Of a stretch of 64,000 nt of DNA, positions 50,164 through 59,787 are shown piece by piece (position 1 is the stretch's first letter; each line of letters opens with the position of its first letter). Both the position numbers and the translations under genes were made by a program. The notes below the pieces were generated by a model. It was not told the DNA's origin. It saw nothing but the letters and a program-made list of their open reading frames with translations, and did not search any database. The DNA is from a virus. Where the stretch lies: positions 5,473 to 69,472 of IMG/VR virus record IMGVR_UViG_3300032092_000025. The stretch is one strand, 5' to 3'.

Positions 50164-53100
50164 TTAGATGTTTTCAAACGACGCTCCTGTTGGAGTGATA
50201 TAGAATGTTATATCAATGAATTCTAACGCTCTTGTAGGTTTAATATAAATTGAACCAACAAGTCTATTATTATCCAAGTCTTCAGGTGTATTTCTAACAG
50301 TTACTCTGAAATCATAAAGACCTCTATCTCTTCTAATTGAATCCAAGATTGGATTAACTGAATCCAAGAATTGTTGTCTTACGATATCGTCGTTTTGTTC
50401 GAATAGTAATCTTACAGAAACCGCTGAAATCAACTTACGTGCTTGTAATAACAATCTTCTTACGTTGATTCTATCAAGTGCTGATTGAGCGATTTGTAAA
50501 GTTTTATTACCCCAAATTACAGTTCCAACATCAGAGAAAGTTGCAATTGGATTGATTCTTCCTTCGTAAAGGATGTCTCTATCTTCTTGTGAAAGTTTCT
50601 TTCTCGCTTTAACAGAATTTACAAGACCTCTTGTATAACCCGCAGTTGCGAACCAAGGGAATGCAACATTATCAGTAAGTGCCAAGTTTCTTGTAACCTC
50701 TGCAGTTGGTGGAAGATAAATCTGTGTATTATTTACAGTATCTCTTGTTAATACCCAAGGGTAGTAAGTAGCGGTATAATTCGAATCGATATTTGAGTTA
50801 ATCAAGTTATCTACCGCAGATTGTGGTAATATTTGTTCCGCAGTGTCATTTGTGTTAGGAACAAACATATCCCAGTCAGGTGTAGTTGCGATATAAATAG
50901 AGTCCGCTCTGTCCACTTCCGCAATATTAATTGCACTATTCACTAACAATAAGTTGTTAACATAATCAATACCCGGAGTAACAAACACGTTAATGTTAAT
51001 CGCTTCAGGGTTTGACATACTTTCCATACCTAACAAGTAAGCGTAATAGTCAGTATTTGCGTAATCAACACTGTTTTGGTCAATTGTTATTTGTTTGAAC
51101 ATACCTTGACCCGTAGCACTTGGATATCTTGAATTAGGACACGCTCCTTTTTTATATCCTGTTCCACCTAAAATAAATCTGTCAGTGTTAGTTCTTGACT
51201 CACTATAGATGTCCCAACCATCAAAACCACCTGCAGGTAATACAGTGAATTTTCTTGCGAATGTTCTAAAGTAAGGGTTATCTTGACTTTCAGGTTCCGA
51301 TTGGAAAATTGCATCTCCAACGAAGAATTCAGGGGTTCCACTTGTTGTATAAGAATTAGAAATGGTAATCGCACTTGCCATAATATCCATGTGGAAACCT
51401 CTAACTTTATAATCCCAAGCATCTTGTGTGGATTCCACACATAAATTACCCGCCTTTATTTTTCCTTTGTAATCAAAGAAATCTCCGTCAATACCAACTT
51501 TATCAGATATACCTAAATAAGTTCTTCTTACATTATCACCATTAGTTGTAATAGAGATTCCTGCTCCGATTGGGGTGTTGAAAGGTGGTTCGAATACTGT
51601 AGTGCCAGGTATTTCATATTTTGTTTTATAGATAACAAAAGGTGGAATATTAAGTGAACTTCCACTATATGTTCTAATTGTGTATCCTTCAAATCCACAT
51701 GGTAATGAATCTTCAGGTGCATCTTCATTAACCTCAACCATTATAAATTTAGATATTAAAGAATATTCACCATTTTTAGAACCAATTTTCTTAGCCACAT
51801 AATTATTTAAATTAGGGTTCATAGAACATTGGGTGAATTTTTCAATAACAGTTGGGTTTTGGTCTGAATCGTAATAATCTCTGACTAAAACATCGAAAGT
51901 ATTACTCACAAATGACATGTTAGCCAAAGAGATTTTAACTTCTCTATTTGCTGATGTACCATCAGAAATTGTTATAATTTTGAATAATCTAAATACAGTA
52001 TCACCTCGTACTTCAGAAACAACCCAAGGTGTTTCAGGTGTTTGATAAGGTTCTAGATAGTTAGCAATTGACAAACTTGATGTTGCACCCGAGCTTCTTA
52101 CGGAATCAAGAGGAATTAAATTACAATTCAATCCTCTAATATATCCTTTATTATATGCGTAGTTAAGTAAGTTAGAATAACTTTCTTCCACGAATAATGG
52201 AACCTCTGTTCTTGGTTTATCAAAGTTAGAAACTCCAAATACTTTTGAAAGGTAATTAGTATTAGAATTCAGTAATGATGTTTCAAATTGGAATGTTTGA
52301 TTTGTTCTTGTAAGACCTGAGATTTTAAAAGTAGAATATGGATTAGATGATACTCCTGAATATGAGCCAGTACAAACCATATTTACATTTGTTGTTGCCG
52401 ATACCTCATAAACAGGTCCATTGTCGGAAATATATGCCGCTTTACCTCTTGAACGTAAAGTTGCAACAACTAAATTATCGTAATCGGAATATGGAGTTCC
52501 TGAGTATTCGAAAACACCTATTTGTAGATTTCCATCAATTTCAGTTGTTAAGTCTTGGAAATTTCCACCTCCAGGATAGGGGATTATATAAAATCCTAAT
52601 CCTGAGTATGAACCATTATTATTTTCAAAAGTTGCATAATACCAAGGGTCATTATCACTACTTGATAAAGTATTTGCGGATAATGAAACAGAATTAACTC
52701 CGAATACATTTGTTTGAGCGGTATAAGCATTTAATGAATTATAATCTGAGCTTGGTATAGAACCCCAAAAATAAGCAATTGGTTGGTCTTGTACACTACC
52801 AGTTTGTTCATAATACGCTACAACATCTGAAATCCAATCGTTAATGTCTTGAGCGATTGTTGAGGTACTTCCGTCAGTTTTTCTGTAACTTTGATTAACG
52901 TCTATCCCACCTAAAAAAGAACTTACCGCAGATTCATCGAATCCGTAGGTATAGGTAGTAGGGTCACTGCTTGGTGTATTAGCTGAATATGCAATCTGTA
53001 CTGAAGTACTAGTAGTACCATTATAACCAACGGTACTTGGTTCAACATTAGCCACGGTTTTTATAGACCATGATGGACCCGCATCATAACCTGATAAACC

Positions 53101-53388
53101 AAGAATTCTTGAAACGAATAATTGATTTGATTGTTGTAAATATGATTTAGCGATATACGCCGCCTCATATTTAGGAATTTGTGTGTTCACAAATTTTTCT
53201 GGAGATGTACCACCGAATATTGTTTGAAATTCGTCATAGTTCTTGATGAAGATTGGTTCGAAAGCGGGACCTTTTAAAGTCTCACCAACAATACCCAATG
53301 TAGTTACACCAACACTAGAAGCAACGAATGATAAATCAACTTCAGATGTGTAAACTCCAGGAGAAACGAAAACTTTACTGTTTGCCAT
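50164..53388 (-). CDS. Contractile tail sheath protein
   Basis: FVSPGVYTSEVDLS, GPAFEP, YYPWV, PWFATAGYTRG, LYEGRINPI, WGNKT, DRINVRRLL, IKPTRALEFI. Confidence 0.97.
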   Translation of the reverse strand: MANSKVFVSPGVYTSEVDLSFVASSVGVTTLGIVGETLKGPAFEPIFIKNYDEFQTIFGGTSPEKFVNTQIPKYEAAYIAKSYLQQSNQLFVSRILGLSGYDAGPSWSIKTVANVEPSTVGYNGTTSTSVQIAYSANTPSSDPTTYTYGFDESAVSSFLGGIDVNQSYRKTDGSTSTIAQDINDWISDVVAYYEQTGSVQDQPIAYFWGSIPSSDYNSLNAYTAQTNVFGVNSVSLSANTLSSSDNDPWYYATFENNNGSYSGLGFYIIPYPGGGNFQDLTTEIDGNLQIGVFEYSGTPYSDYDNLVVATLRSRGKAAYISDNGPVYEVSATTNVNMVCTGSYSGVSSNPYSTFKISGLTRTNQTFQFETSLLNSNTNYLSKVFGVSNFDKPRTEVPLFVEESYSNLLNYAYNKGYIRGLNCNLIPLDSVRSSGATSSLSIANYLEPYQTPETPWVVSEVRGDTVFRLFKIITISDGTSANREVKISLANMSFVSNTFDVLVRDYYDSDQNPTVIEKFTQCSMNPNLNNYVAKKIGSKNGEYSLISKFIMVEVNEDAPEDSLPCGFEGYTIRTYSGSSLNIPPFVIYKTKYEIPGTTVFEPPFNTPIGAGISITTNGDNVRRTYLGISDKVGIDGDFFDYKGKIKAGNLCVESTQDAWDYKVRGFHMDIMASAITISNSYTTSGTPEFFVGDAIFQSEPESQDNPYFRTFARKFTVLPAGGFDGWDIYSESRTNTDRFILGGTGYKKGACPNSRYPSATGQGMFKQITIDQNSVDYANTDYYAYLLGMESMSNPEAININVFVTPGIDYVNNLLLVNSAINIAEVDRADSIYIATTPDWDMFVPNTNDTAEQILPQSAVDNLINSNIDSNYTATYYPWVLTRDTVNNTQIYLPPTAEVTRNLALTDNVAFPWFATAGYTRGLVNSVKARKKLSQEDRDILYEGRINPIATFSDVGTVIWGNKTLQIAQSALDRINVRRLLLQARKLISAVSVRLLFEQNDDIVRQQFLDSVNPILDSIRRDRGLYDFRVTVRNTPEDLDNNRLVGSIYIKPTRALEFIDITFYITPTGASFENI

Positions 53389-53423
53389 TTTTTTTGAGTT
53401 TTTTAAGATTTATTATTTTCTCA

Positions 53424-53430
53424 ATAAATA
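53424..53430 (-). promoter_or_regulatory. Putative late promoter TATTTAT upstream of the sheath gene (representative copy)
   Basis: Same heptamer on the coding strand upstream of genes at 4172, 11087, 20241, 22604, 27464, 32523, 43897, 47652, 49185, 55235 (minus) and 53467, 57050, 59765 (plus). Confidence 0.7.
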
Positions 53431-53508
53431 TTATAGAAAAAACCAAAAACTTTACTCTTTACAAAATATTTATAAATTAGGTAGATTATTTTCTGCCTTT
53501 TTTATCTT

Positions 53509-53673
53509 ATGGATTCTAAAGACTCGGAAGTAAAAAATTTAAAGATTTCTAAAGAAGTTCACGACATCTTAAAGAGGTATTGTGAAAAAAGAGGGATAAA
53601 AATTTATCGTTTTTTAGAAACTTTAATTCGTGAAAAGTGTGTTGACAAGAAAGATATATATGGGGAAAACTAA
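53509..53673 (+). CDS. Ribbon-helix-helix DNA-binding protein, 54 aa (not in the ORF track)
   Basis: MDSKDSEVKNLKISKEVHDILKRYCEKRGIKIYRFLETLIREKC...: strand KNLKI followed by two helices with a Gly turn. Confidence 0.7.
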   Translation: MDSKDSEVKNLKISKEVHDILKRYCEKRGIKIYRFLETLIREKCVDKKDIYGEN

Positions 53674-54713
53674 CTATTATTGAGTGATTCAAAGGTAATA
53701 GTTGATTCCAAAGTATTGTCAGATTTTGTTACTATAAACTTAGCGTTATCATTAGTGCTTATAAGAATAGTTGTTAAATCTGAACCGTAGTAATCATTAT
53801 CAATATAAACATCAAAAGATAAAACATTGGTCGTGTTTATTAATGATAAAGAATCAGTTAAGTTAAATGTTCTTACAACTTCGGTAGTTCCAGATGGAAA
53901 ATCTAAAACAATTTGTTTCATTTCTTGAGGTTCGTTTCTACCTTTTGTTTTTTTAGTTATAATTTTCCCGTCTGTTTCAAACACTTGTATAAACCTATTT
54001 ACCGCAGGACTTACGGTAAACTCTTCCTCATCAATTAAGAACCCTAACATTATAAATTCGTAACTTTGGACGTAGTACTTTCTTTTATCTAAATCCATTA
54101 CCGATTCATCACTAATGTTGTTCCATATGATAGGGATATAGTGTCCTTTAATTGTTGCATACGCCTGTCTTGATGCAAATTTTCCAAGTACTTTTTGATT
54201 AAAACTATTTAATTCCCTCATTCTATTACAAACAATTTTTACTTGATATGTAATATCAACAGGTATAGGTTGAGGTATTTTATATACGTCGGCACCTAAT
54301 TGTTTACCGTCCCAAGTTGGTACTGTTGCATAAAAATATTGTCTTCTATTTGGTATGTTATATATTAAAGCAGGATTTGTTCCAAACTTAACTTCAGGAG
54401 TTCTTACTGTTGTTATAAATGGTGGTTTTACGTTGAAATCTAAATCAACGAAGTTCCAAGTTTCGGTAAACTGGGCCCAATTCTGTGTTGTGATTATTAT
54501 ATCAACAACAGGAACTAATGCTCCATCAACAACGAGTTTAAGTTCATCTCTGACAAAATCCATAAACCCCCTATCCAAATCCGCATGTAATATCGATTTA
54601 GGTAAGAATGTACCATCTTGATTAATTTTATCTACCAACTCTTCTCTTCTCGGAAATAAAGTTTTTGGATAATTAAGTGGTATGTTTTTTTTAATTTTTT
54701 TTGGAAATCCCAT
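53670..54713 (-). CDS. Tail terminator / sheath stabiliser-like protein (T4 gp15-type)
   Basis: PIPVDITYQVKI...ELNSFNQKVL motif; position between neck gene and sheath. Confidence 0.5.
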   Translation of the reverse strand: MGFPKKIKKNIPLNYPKTLFPRREELVDKINQDGTFLPKSILHADLDRGFMDFVRDELKLVVDGALVPVVDIIITTQNWAQFTETWNFVDLDFNVKPPFITTVRTPEVKFGTNPALIYNIPNRRQYFYATVPTWDGKQLGADVYKIPQPIPVDITYQVKIVCNRMRELNSFNQKVLGKFASRQAYATIKGHYIPIIWNNISDESVMDLDKRKYYVQSYEFIMLGFLIDEEEFTVSPAVNRFIQVFETDGKIITKKTKGRNEPQEMKQIVLDFPSGTTEVVRTFNLTDSLSLINTTNVLSFDVYIDNDYYGSDLTTILISTNDNAKFIVTKSDNTLESTITFESLNNS

Positions 54714-54714
54714 T

Positions 54715-55227
54715 TTATAATCCTCTAAATTCGTTATCCGTTACAGGAGCGGCGGTTATTGTTCTGTAAAATGGTTTGTATCCAGCATACGTATGTTTGT
54801 TATCTGAAACAATACGACCATCATCTATTACTGAGTAATATCTAACTCTTGTTTCTGATTCATAATATCCGATATAGTCACCAAATGCAATGTCAACACC
54901 CAATTCTTGTAGATGTTTTGAATACACAGACACTTTTAAATTACCTGGTTCGGTTTGTTCGATTTTTGAATTACCATACGCCTTATTTGTAGGGGCGGCA
55001 ACTTGCACATAACCCTTAAATTCTATTGGCGGGTCAAACTGAACTCCGTCTTTGGTTGTTTCACCATAGACATCATCTTTTTTTGTTTTGATTCTGTTGA
55101 CACGATATAATACCAAAGTAAAATTCATATCTCCCTCTAACCACTCTGAACCCATATCAATGTCCAAATCGTAGTCTTCAGAACCAAAGAATTTACCTAA
55201 TCTTGTAATTGGGACTTTCTTAGCCAT
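54715..55227 (-). CDS. Neck / head-closure protein (T4 gp14-like)
   Basis: LYRVN...DDVYGE...FDPPIE...HLQELG..I.FGDYI pattern; upstream of the terminator-like gene. Confidence 0.55.
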   Translation of the reverse strand: MAKKVPITRLGKFFGSEDYDLDIDMGSEWLEGDMNFTLVLYRVNRIKTKKDDVYGETTKDGVQFDPPIEFKGYVQVAAPTNKAYGNSKIEQTEPGNLKVSVYSKHLQELGVDIAFGDYIGYYESETRVRYYSVIDDGRIVSDNKHTYAGYKPFYRTITAAPVTDNEFRGL

Positions 55228-55279
55228 AATATTGATAAATATTTGTTGTTCACTTATTTTTGGTTATAAAACAATTTTT

Positions 55280-57034
55280 TTGGAAAACGTATTCTCAATA
55301 GAACAAAAGGCGATTGATATTTTATCTTCTTACGAGGGTGGTAATAATTTTATATTAAGATTAAAGCAACAATCTTTAGTTAATAAAAAGTTCTTCCCAA
55401 CGAGAACACAATCTGATTATATAATTACATATCACAATGAAAAACCAAAGGTCGCTAAAAAGTGGGTTGATTTAGACCCCTATTTTGCAAGAAAGTTCGC
55501 AGATGAAAAATTGTTTCGTGAGGTCCCTGATAAAATCTATGTAGAAAAACTTTTAATAGAAAAAGAAAAATCTTATCATATTTGGGGAAAGTTTTTTGAA
55601 TCTGAACATTTAAGTGACTTTTGGGTACCTAAAGGAGCATTAATTAAAACTCACACGGTAGAAAAAGTTGATATCGATTATTCAAAGTATAGTCATAGAC
55701 CTCCTCTTTCACATCAAAAAGAAGCGATTGAGAAATTAGCAGGAAGTAAAAGGTTTATTTTAGCGGATGATATGGGGTTGGGTAAGACCACCTCAACTAT
55801 TATCGCAGCGTTAGAGTCAGGAGCAAAAAAAGTATTAATCATTTGTCCCGCATCACTTAAAATAAATTGGTCAAGGGAAATTGAAAACTATACAGATAAG
55901 TCAATTTATATATGTGAAGGTAAGAATTTCTCATCAGACCACCATTTTGTTATCGTTAATTACGATATTATTAAAAACTTTCACGACATTAAAGATAAAG
56001 AAAACTCACAAATTATTAATTCTAAGTTTGATTTAGTTATTATTGATGAAGCTCATTACATTAAAAATTCACAAGCCCAAAGAACAAAACTAATTAATCA
56101 TTTTGTTAAGAATATTAATAGAGTGTGGTTATTAACGGGAACACCAATTACATCTCGTCCAATTGATTATTATAACTTATTATCTTTGGTTGAGTCTCCT
56201 GTCGCTCAAAACTGGATGGCTTATGTAATTCGTTTTTGCGAAGGGTATCAGTTTAGAGCGGGTCAAAGAAAAGTATGGAACGTAAATGGGGCATCTAATT
56301 TGGATGAACTACGTGAAAGAACTTCTAAACAAATACTGCGTAGATTGAAAACTGATGTATTAGATTTACCTGAAAAGATTATTAGTCCAATTTATTTGAG
56401 GTTAAAATCAAAAGAATATGAAAATCTTATGGGTGAGTATTTTGATTGGTTTAGAAATAATAAAGAAGAATCATCGTCACTGACAATTCAGTTTTCAAAA
56501 TTAATGAAAGTAAGACAAGTAATTGCAGAAGAAAAAATTTCTCAAACAATCGAACTCGCAGAAAATATTTTAGAGCAAGGTAAGAAAGTTATTATATTTT
56601 CGAACTTCACGGAACCATTAAAAAGAATTCACGAACACTTCGGTAAGATGTCTGTATACTTGGATGGTTCAACCTCAAAACCCGCAAGACAAAAGGCTGT
56701 GGATGATTTTCAAGATAACGATAAGGTTAAAGTGTTTTGTGGAAACATAAAGGCCGCAGGTGTTGGTATTACCTTAACATCAGCAGAGGTTGTAATATTT
56801 AATGACCTATCTTTTGTTCCATCAGACCATTCACAAGCCGAGGATAGAGCATATCGTTATGGTCAAAAAAATAGTGTTTTAGTTTATTATCCTTTATTTG
56901 AAAACACTATAGAAGGTGCAATATATGACATCTTAATTAGGAAAAAAGGGATATTTGAAACCGTAATGGGGGACAACTTGGATAGGGGTAGTGTTGCTGA
57001 ACTAATACTCGATTCAATCAATAGTCGTGAATAA
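55280..57034 (+). CDS. SNF2-family helicase (SMARCAL1/HARP-like)
   Basis: LADDMGLGKT, ICPASL, DEAH, LTGTP, RRLK, AGVGITL, QAEDRAYRYGQ. Start uncertain; in-frame TTG at 55280 preferred over 55232. Confidence 0.92.
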   Translation: MENVFSIEQKAIDILSSYEGGNNFILRLKQQSLVNKKFFPTRTQSDYIITYHNEKPKVAKKWVDLDPYFARKFADEKLFREVPDKIYVEKLLIEKEKSYHIWGKFFESEHLSDFWVPKGALIKTHTVEKVDIDYSKYSHRPPLSHQKEAIEKLAGSKRFILADDMGLGKTTSTIIAALESGAKKVLIICPASLKINWSREIENYTDKSIYICEGKNFSSDHHFVIVNYDIIKNFHDIKDKENSQIINSKFDLVIIDEAHYIKNSQAQRTKLINHFVKNINRVWLLTGTPITSRPIDYYNLLSLVESPVAQNWMAYVIRFCEGYQFRAGQRKVWNVNGASNLDELRERTSKQILRRLKTDVLDLPEKIISPIYLRLKSKEYENLMGEYFDWFRNNKEESSSLTIQFSKLMKVRQVIAEEKISQTIELAENILEQGKKVIIFSNFTEPLKRIHEHFGKMSVYLDGSTSKPARQKAVDDFQDNDKVKVFCGNIKAAGVGITLTSAEVVIFNDLSFVPSDHSQAEDRAYRYGQKNSVLVYYPLFENTIEGAIYDILIRKKGIFETVMGDNLDRGSVAELILDSINSRE

Positions 57035-57079
57035 TTCAAATTCAAAGGATATTTATGATAACGAATATATAATTTTATA

Positions 57080-58618
57080 ATGAAAAAACTTCAAGAGAAA
57101 GTAGAAAAAATAGCCAACCAAATAAAAGAGATAGATACAAAGGAAAATGAAAAATTGTTTATAAATGAAATGAAAAAAATAGGGATTGAGAAACTACCAT
57201 ATTCCTATTCATCCTTAAAACAATTCATCGACCCAGAGACAATGTCTTATCACTACAACGGACATTACAAAACGTATGTAGACAAATTAAATGACGCATT
57301 AAGTAAAAAAGATTACGGTGATGTCGAGTTAGAAGAAATAATTAAATCAATCGGTAAGTATAATAAAACAATTAGAAATAATGCCGGAGGAGCCTTTAAT
57401 CACGCCTTATTTTGGAAAATGTTATCACCAACCGAACAGAAATGTGGTGGTGAAATTTACAATAGAATAAAAAAGGATTTCCATAACTTTTTGGGATTTA
57501 AACAAGAGTTTACCGAAAAGGCAAAAAGAAATTTCGGTTCAGGATGGATATGGTTAGTTTTAACCAAATCAGGTAGTTTGAAAATTATGACAACACCTAA
57601 CCAAGATAATCCACTTATGAACCTTGTTAGAAATGGTGGGTATCCTCTATTGGGTCTTGATTTATGGGAACACGCATATTATTTACGATACAAAAACAAA
57701 AGAGACGATTACGTCAAAAACTTTTTCAAGGCAATTAATTGGAAGTTTGTAAATAAAATGTACACTATGAAAGTTAAAACAAAACTTGATGAATCGGTCA
57801 CCACCAAAAAAATAATATCTGAAGGTGTTAGCGAATCATGCTCAAAGCAAGAAAACGAGGCTTATAGATTTATTTTTAACACCAATTTAAAAGTTAAAAA
57901 GGCATATAAAATAGGAATCAATTATATATTAAGACAAGTTTTTTCTGACAGATATTATAAAGACAACGAATATGGTGATGGGGAAATGTTTGGAATTTAT
58001 GACTTAGAGGGTGAAGGAAGGTCTGTTTTGAATTTTCTAAACACTAATTACTCAGGATTTTGTATATTAGTTAACGATATCAATAAATTGTTAAAGGCAA
58101 ATAATGAAAGACCTCTAAATTTTATTGGTCGAACTCCATCTGAACAATTTTATGAAATTCATAGAATGATTAAAATAATTGATGAATTTAAACTTAGAAT
58201 TTTTTCCACTAAATCCAAAACTTTTCAAAACTTAATCGCGACTTTAAGTAAAACAAGTGAAATTGGTAAGGTAACAGAAGAGTTTGCGGTTATAAAATTA
58301 AAAGAAAGATACGGAAATGAAAACGTTTCTTTGGTTGGAAAACTAGGTAGTTCTAAAGACGCCAACGAAGGTATTGATTCGGAAATTATTGTCGATGGAA
58401 AAATTATGACAGCACAAATTAAACCTTTTGGTAGTTATACTTTACAGGATGGTGCATATACATTATATAACACTGCCAGTGTAAAAGAATATCTCACTGA
58501 TTGGCTTGTTTTTTTCAATAAAAAATCGGGAGTGTTAGTATTTGATAATAACAATACTAAGATTGTGGGAGGAAATTATACTATACCATCAACATCTTTA
58601 ATAGAACATATAAAATGA
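57080..58618 (+). CDS. Mn/Fe superoxide dismutase fused to a C-terminal PD-(D/E)XK-like domain
   Basis: LPYSY, HYNGHYKTY, GGAFNHALFW, FGSGW, TPNQD, DLWEHAYY (all four metal ligands present); about 280 extra C-terminal residues with G..TE...D..EGID...QIK. Confidence 0.85.
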   Translation: MKKLQEKVEKIANQIKEIDTKENEKLFINEMKKIGIEKLPYSYSSLKQFIDPETMSYHYNGHYKTYVDKLNDALSKKDYGDVELEEIIKSIGKYNKTIRNNAGGAFNHALFWKMLSPTEQKCGGEIYNRIKKDFHNFLGFKQEFTEKAKRNFGSGWIWLVLTKSGSLKIMTTPNQDNPLMNLVRNGGYPLLGLDLWEHAYYLRYKNKRDDYVKNFFKAINWKFVNKMYTMKVKTKLDESVTTKKIISEGVSESCSKQENEAYRFIFNTNLKVKKAYKIGINYILRQVFSDRYYKDNEYGDGEMFGIYDLEGEGRSVLNFLNTNYSGFCILVNDINKLLKANNERPLNFIGRTPSEQFYEIHRMIKIIDEFKLRIFSTKSKTFQNLIATLSKTSEIGKVTEEFAVIKLKERYGNENVSLVGKLGSSKDANEGIDSEIIVDGKIMTAQIKPFGSYTLQDGAYTLYNTASVKEYLTDWLVFFNKKSGVLVFDNNNTKIVGGNYTIPSTSLIEHIK

Positions 58619-59763
58619 AAATTATAATATCTGAAAGTCAATTAATTAGATTACAGGAAAGTCAAGAAGAACGGTTTGACATGTTTGATACCGACTATTT
58701 AAATATATTATACAAAAATAGTAAAAAAGGAAAAAATAATTCGGCTTATAAATTATTGGCAATAAGAGCATCTTTAGAAAACGAATCTTTAATACGTGAT
58801 TTAAATCAAAGTATTGAGACCCTATACAAATTTTTTAATAGAAAAAACTCAGGCCTTTTACCAAAAATATTGGAATTAGCGTTAATAGATAGGAACAAAA
58901 CTATAAATGACTTAAAAATTGTTTCCGATTTCATCAACGATGCTGATTTTAACGATGATGTGACCAAAAAACAATTAATAAGATTAAGAAATATGACTGA
59001 AGTCCCTGATGACTTAGAAGACATATTAAGGAATGTAAGAGAAAAAGAATATTCAAAATATGAGAAGGAGTACGAGGGTGATTATTTTGACCTCAAAAGA
59101 ACTGCACTTTCTTTACAATATAAATGTGGTGATGACATAGATAAAAGTTTTTTGAAAAAAATACAGAAATTCGAAAGTGTGTCGGAGGAGGATTTTAAAA
59201 AATTACTTATAAACATAAAGAATTGTGTGAAATCATCTTTAAGTGAAAAGGTTGTTGTAAAATCAGATATAGTATCTAAAACCCCTCTTTACGTTATGGA
59301 TAATGGAGTAAAAACTGAGGTGTTTAAACAAGGTTCTAATTTTGAAGTTAAGAAGATGGACGTTAATATCGATAGTTATTTATCAGAATTTTTTTCAATT
59401 TTTAAACAAACAAAAAATAAAGAATACAAAGGTTCGTATTTAGAAATTTATAACTCAGTAATCCGTGGTCTATATGAGTGGGTAAAAGGTGAGGGTCAAG
59501 AATATCTTGATAGTATTAAAAACAATATGGAGGGGATTGCTTATGAAAATTTCACAATCGTCCCAATTAAATATATTGATTTTTATTGGTCAAATGTTGG
59601 TCAAAGAGGGTGTGATGAATTAAGATTATCCATTAGATTCCGTATAAAAGCAGAATATCAAAATAAAACAATCGAAGCATACGTTTTTACTAAAACTTCG
59701 GATATTTTAGAGAAAAAAGAATTACGGGTTTCTAAACAAGAAGTAGAAAAGATAGTTTGCTAG
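58615..59763 (+). CDS. Hypothetical protein with MKIIISESQL leader
   Basis: 382 aa; ATAAAATG junction coupled to the SOD-fusion stop. Confidence 0.65.
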   Translation: MKIIISESQLIRLQESQEERFDMFDTDYLNILYKNSKKGKNNSAYKLLAIRASLENESLIRDLNQSIETLYKFFNRKNSGLLPKILELALIDRNKTINDLKIVSDFINDADFNDDVTKKQLIRLRNMTEVPDDLEDILRNVREKEYSKYEKEYEGDYFDLKRTALSLQYKCGDDIDKSFLKKIQKFESVSEEDFKKLLINIKNCVKSSLSEKVVVKSDIVSKTPLYVMDNGVKTEVFKQGSNFEVKKMDVNIDSYLSEFFSIFKQTKNKEYKGSYLEIYNSVIRGLYEWVKGEGQEYLDSIKNNMEGIAYENFTIVPIKYIDFYWSNVGQRGCDELRLSIRFRIKAEYQNKTIEAYVFTKTSDILEKKELRVSKQEVEKIVC

Positions 59764-59787
59764 ATATTTATATAAAAAAATATTACT

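Noticed and set aside
20299-53388. Bacterial contractile injection system (eCIS/T6SS) or tailocin instead of a phage
   Set aside because: Neck proteins, PolB, gp32-like SSB, helicase, UvsX-like recombinase and RNR are interleaved with the tail genes, which indicates a lytic phage genome.
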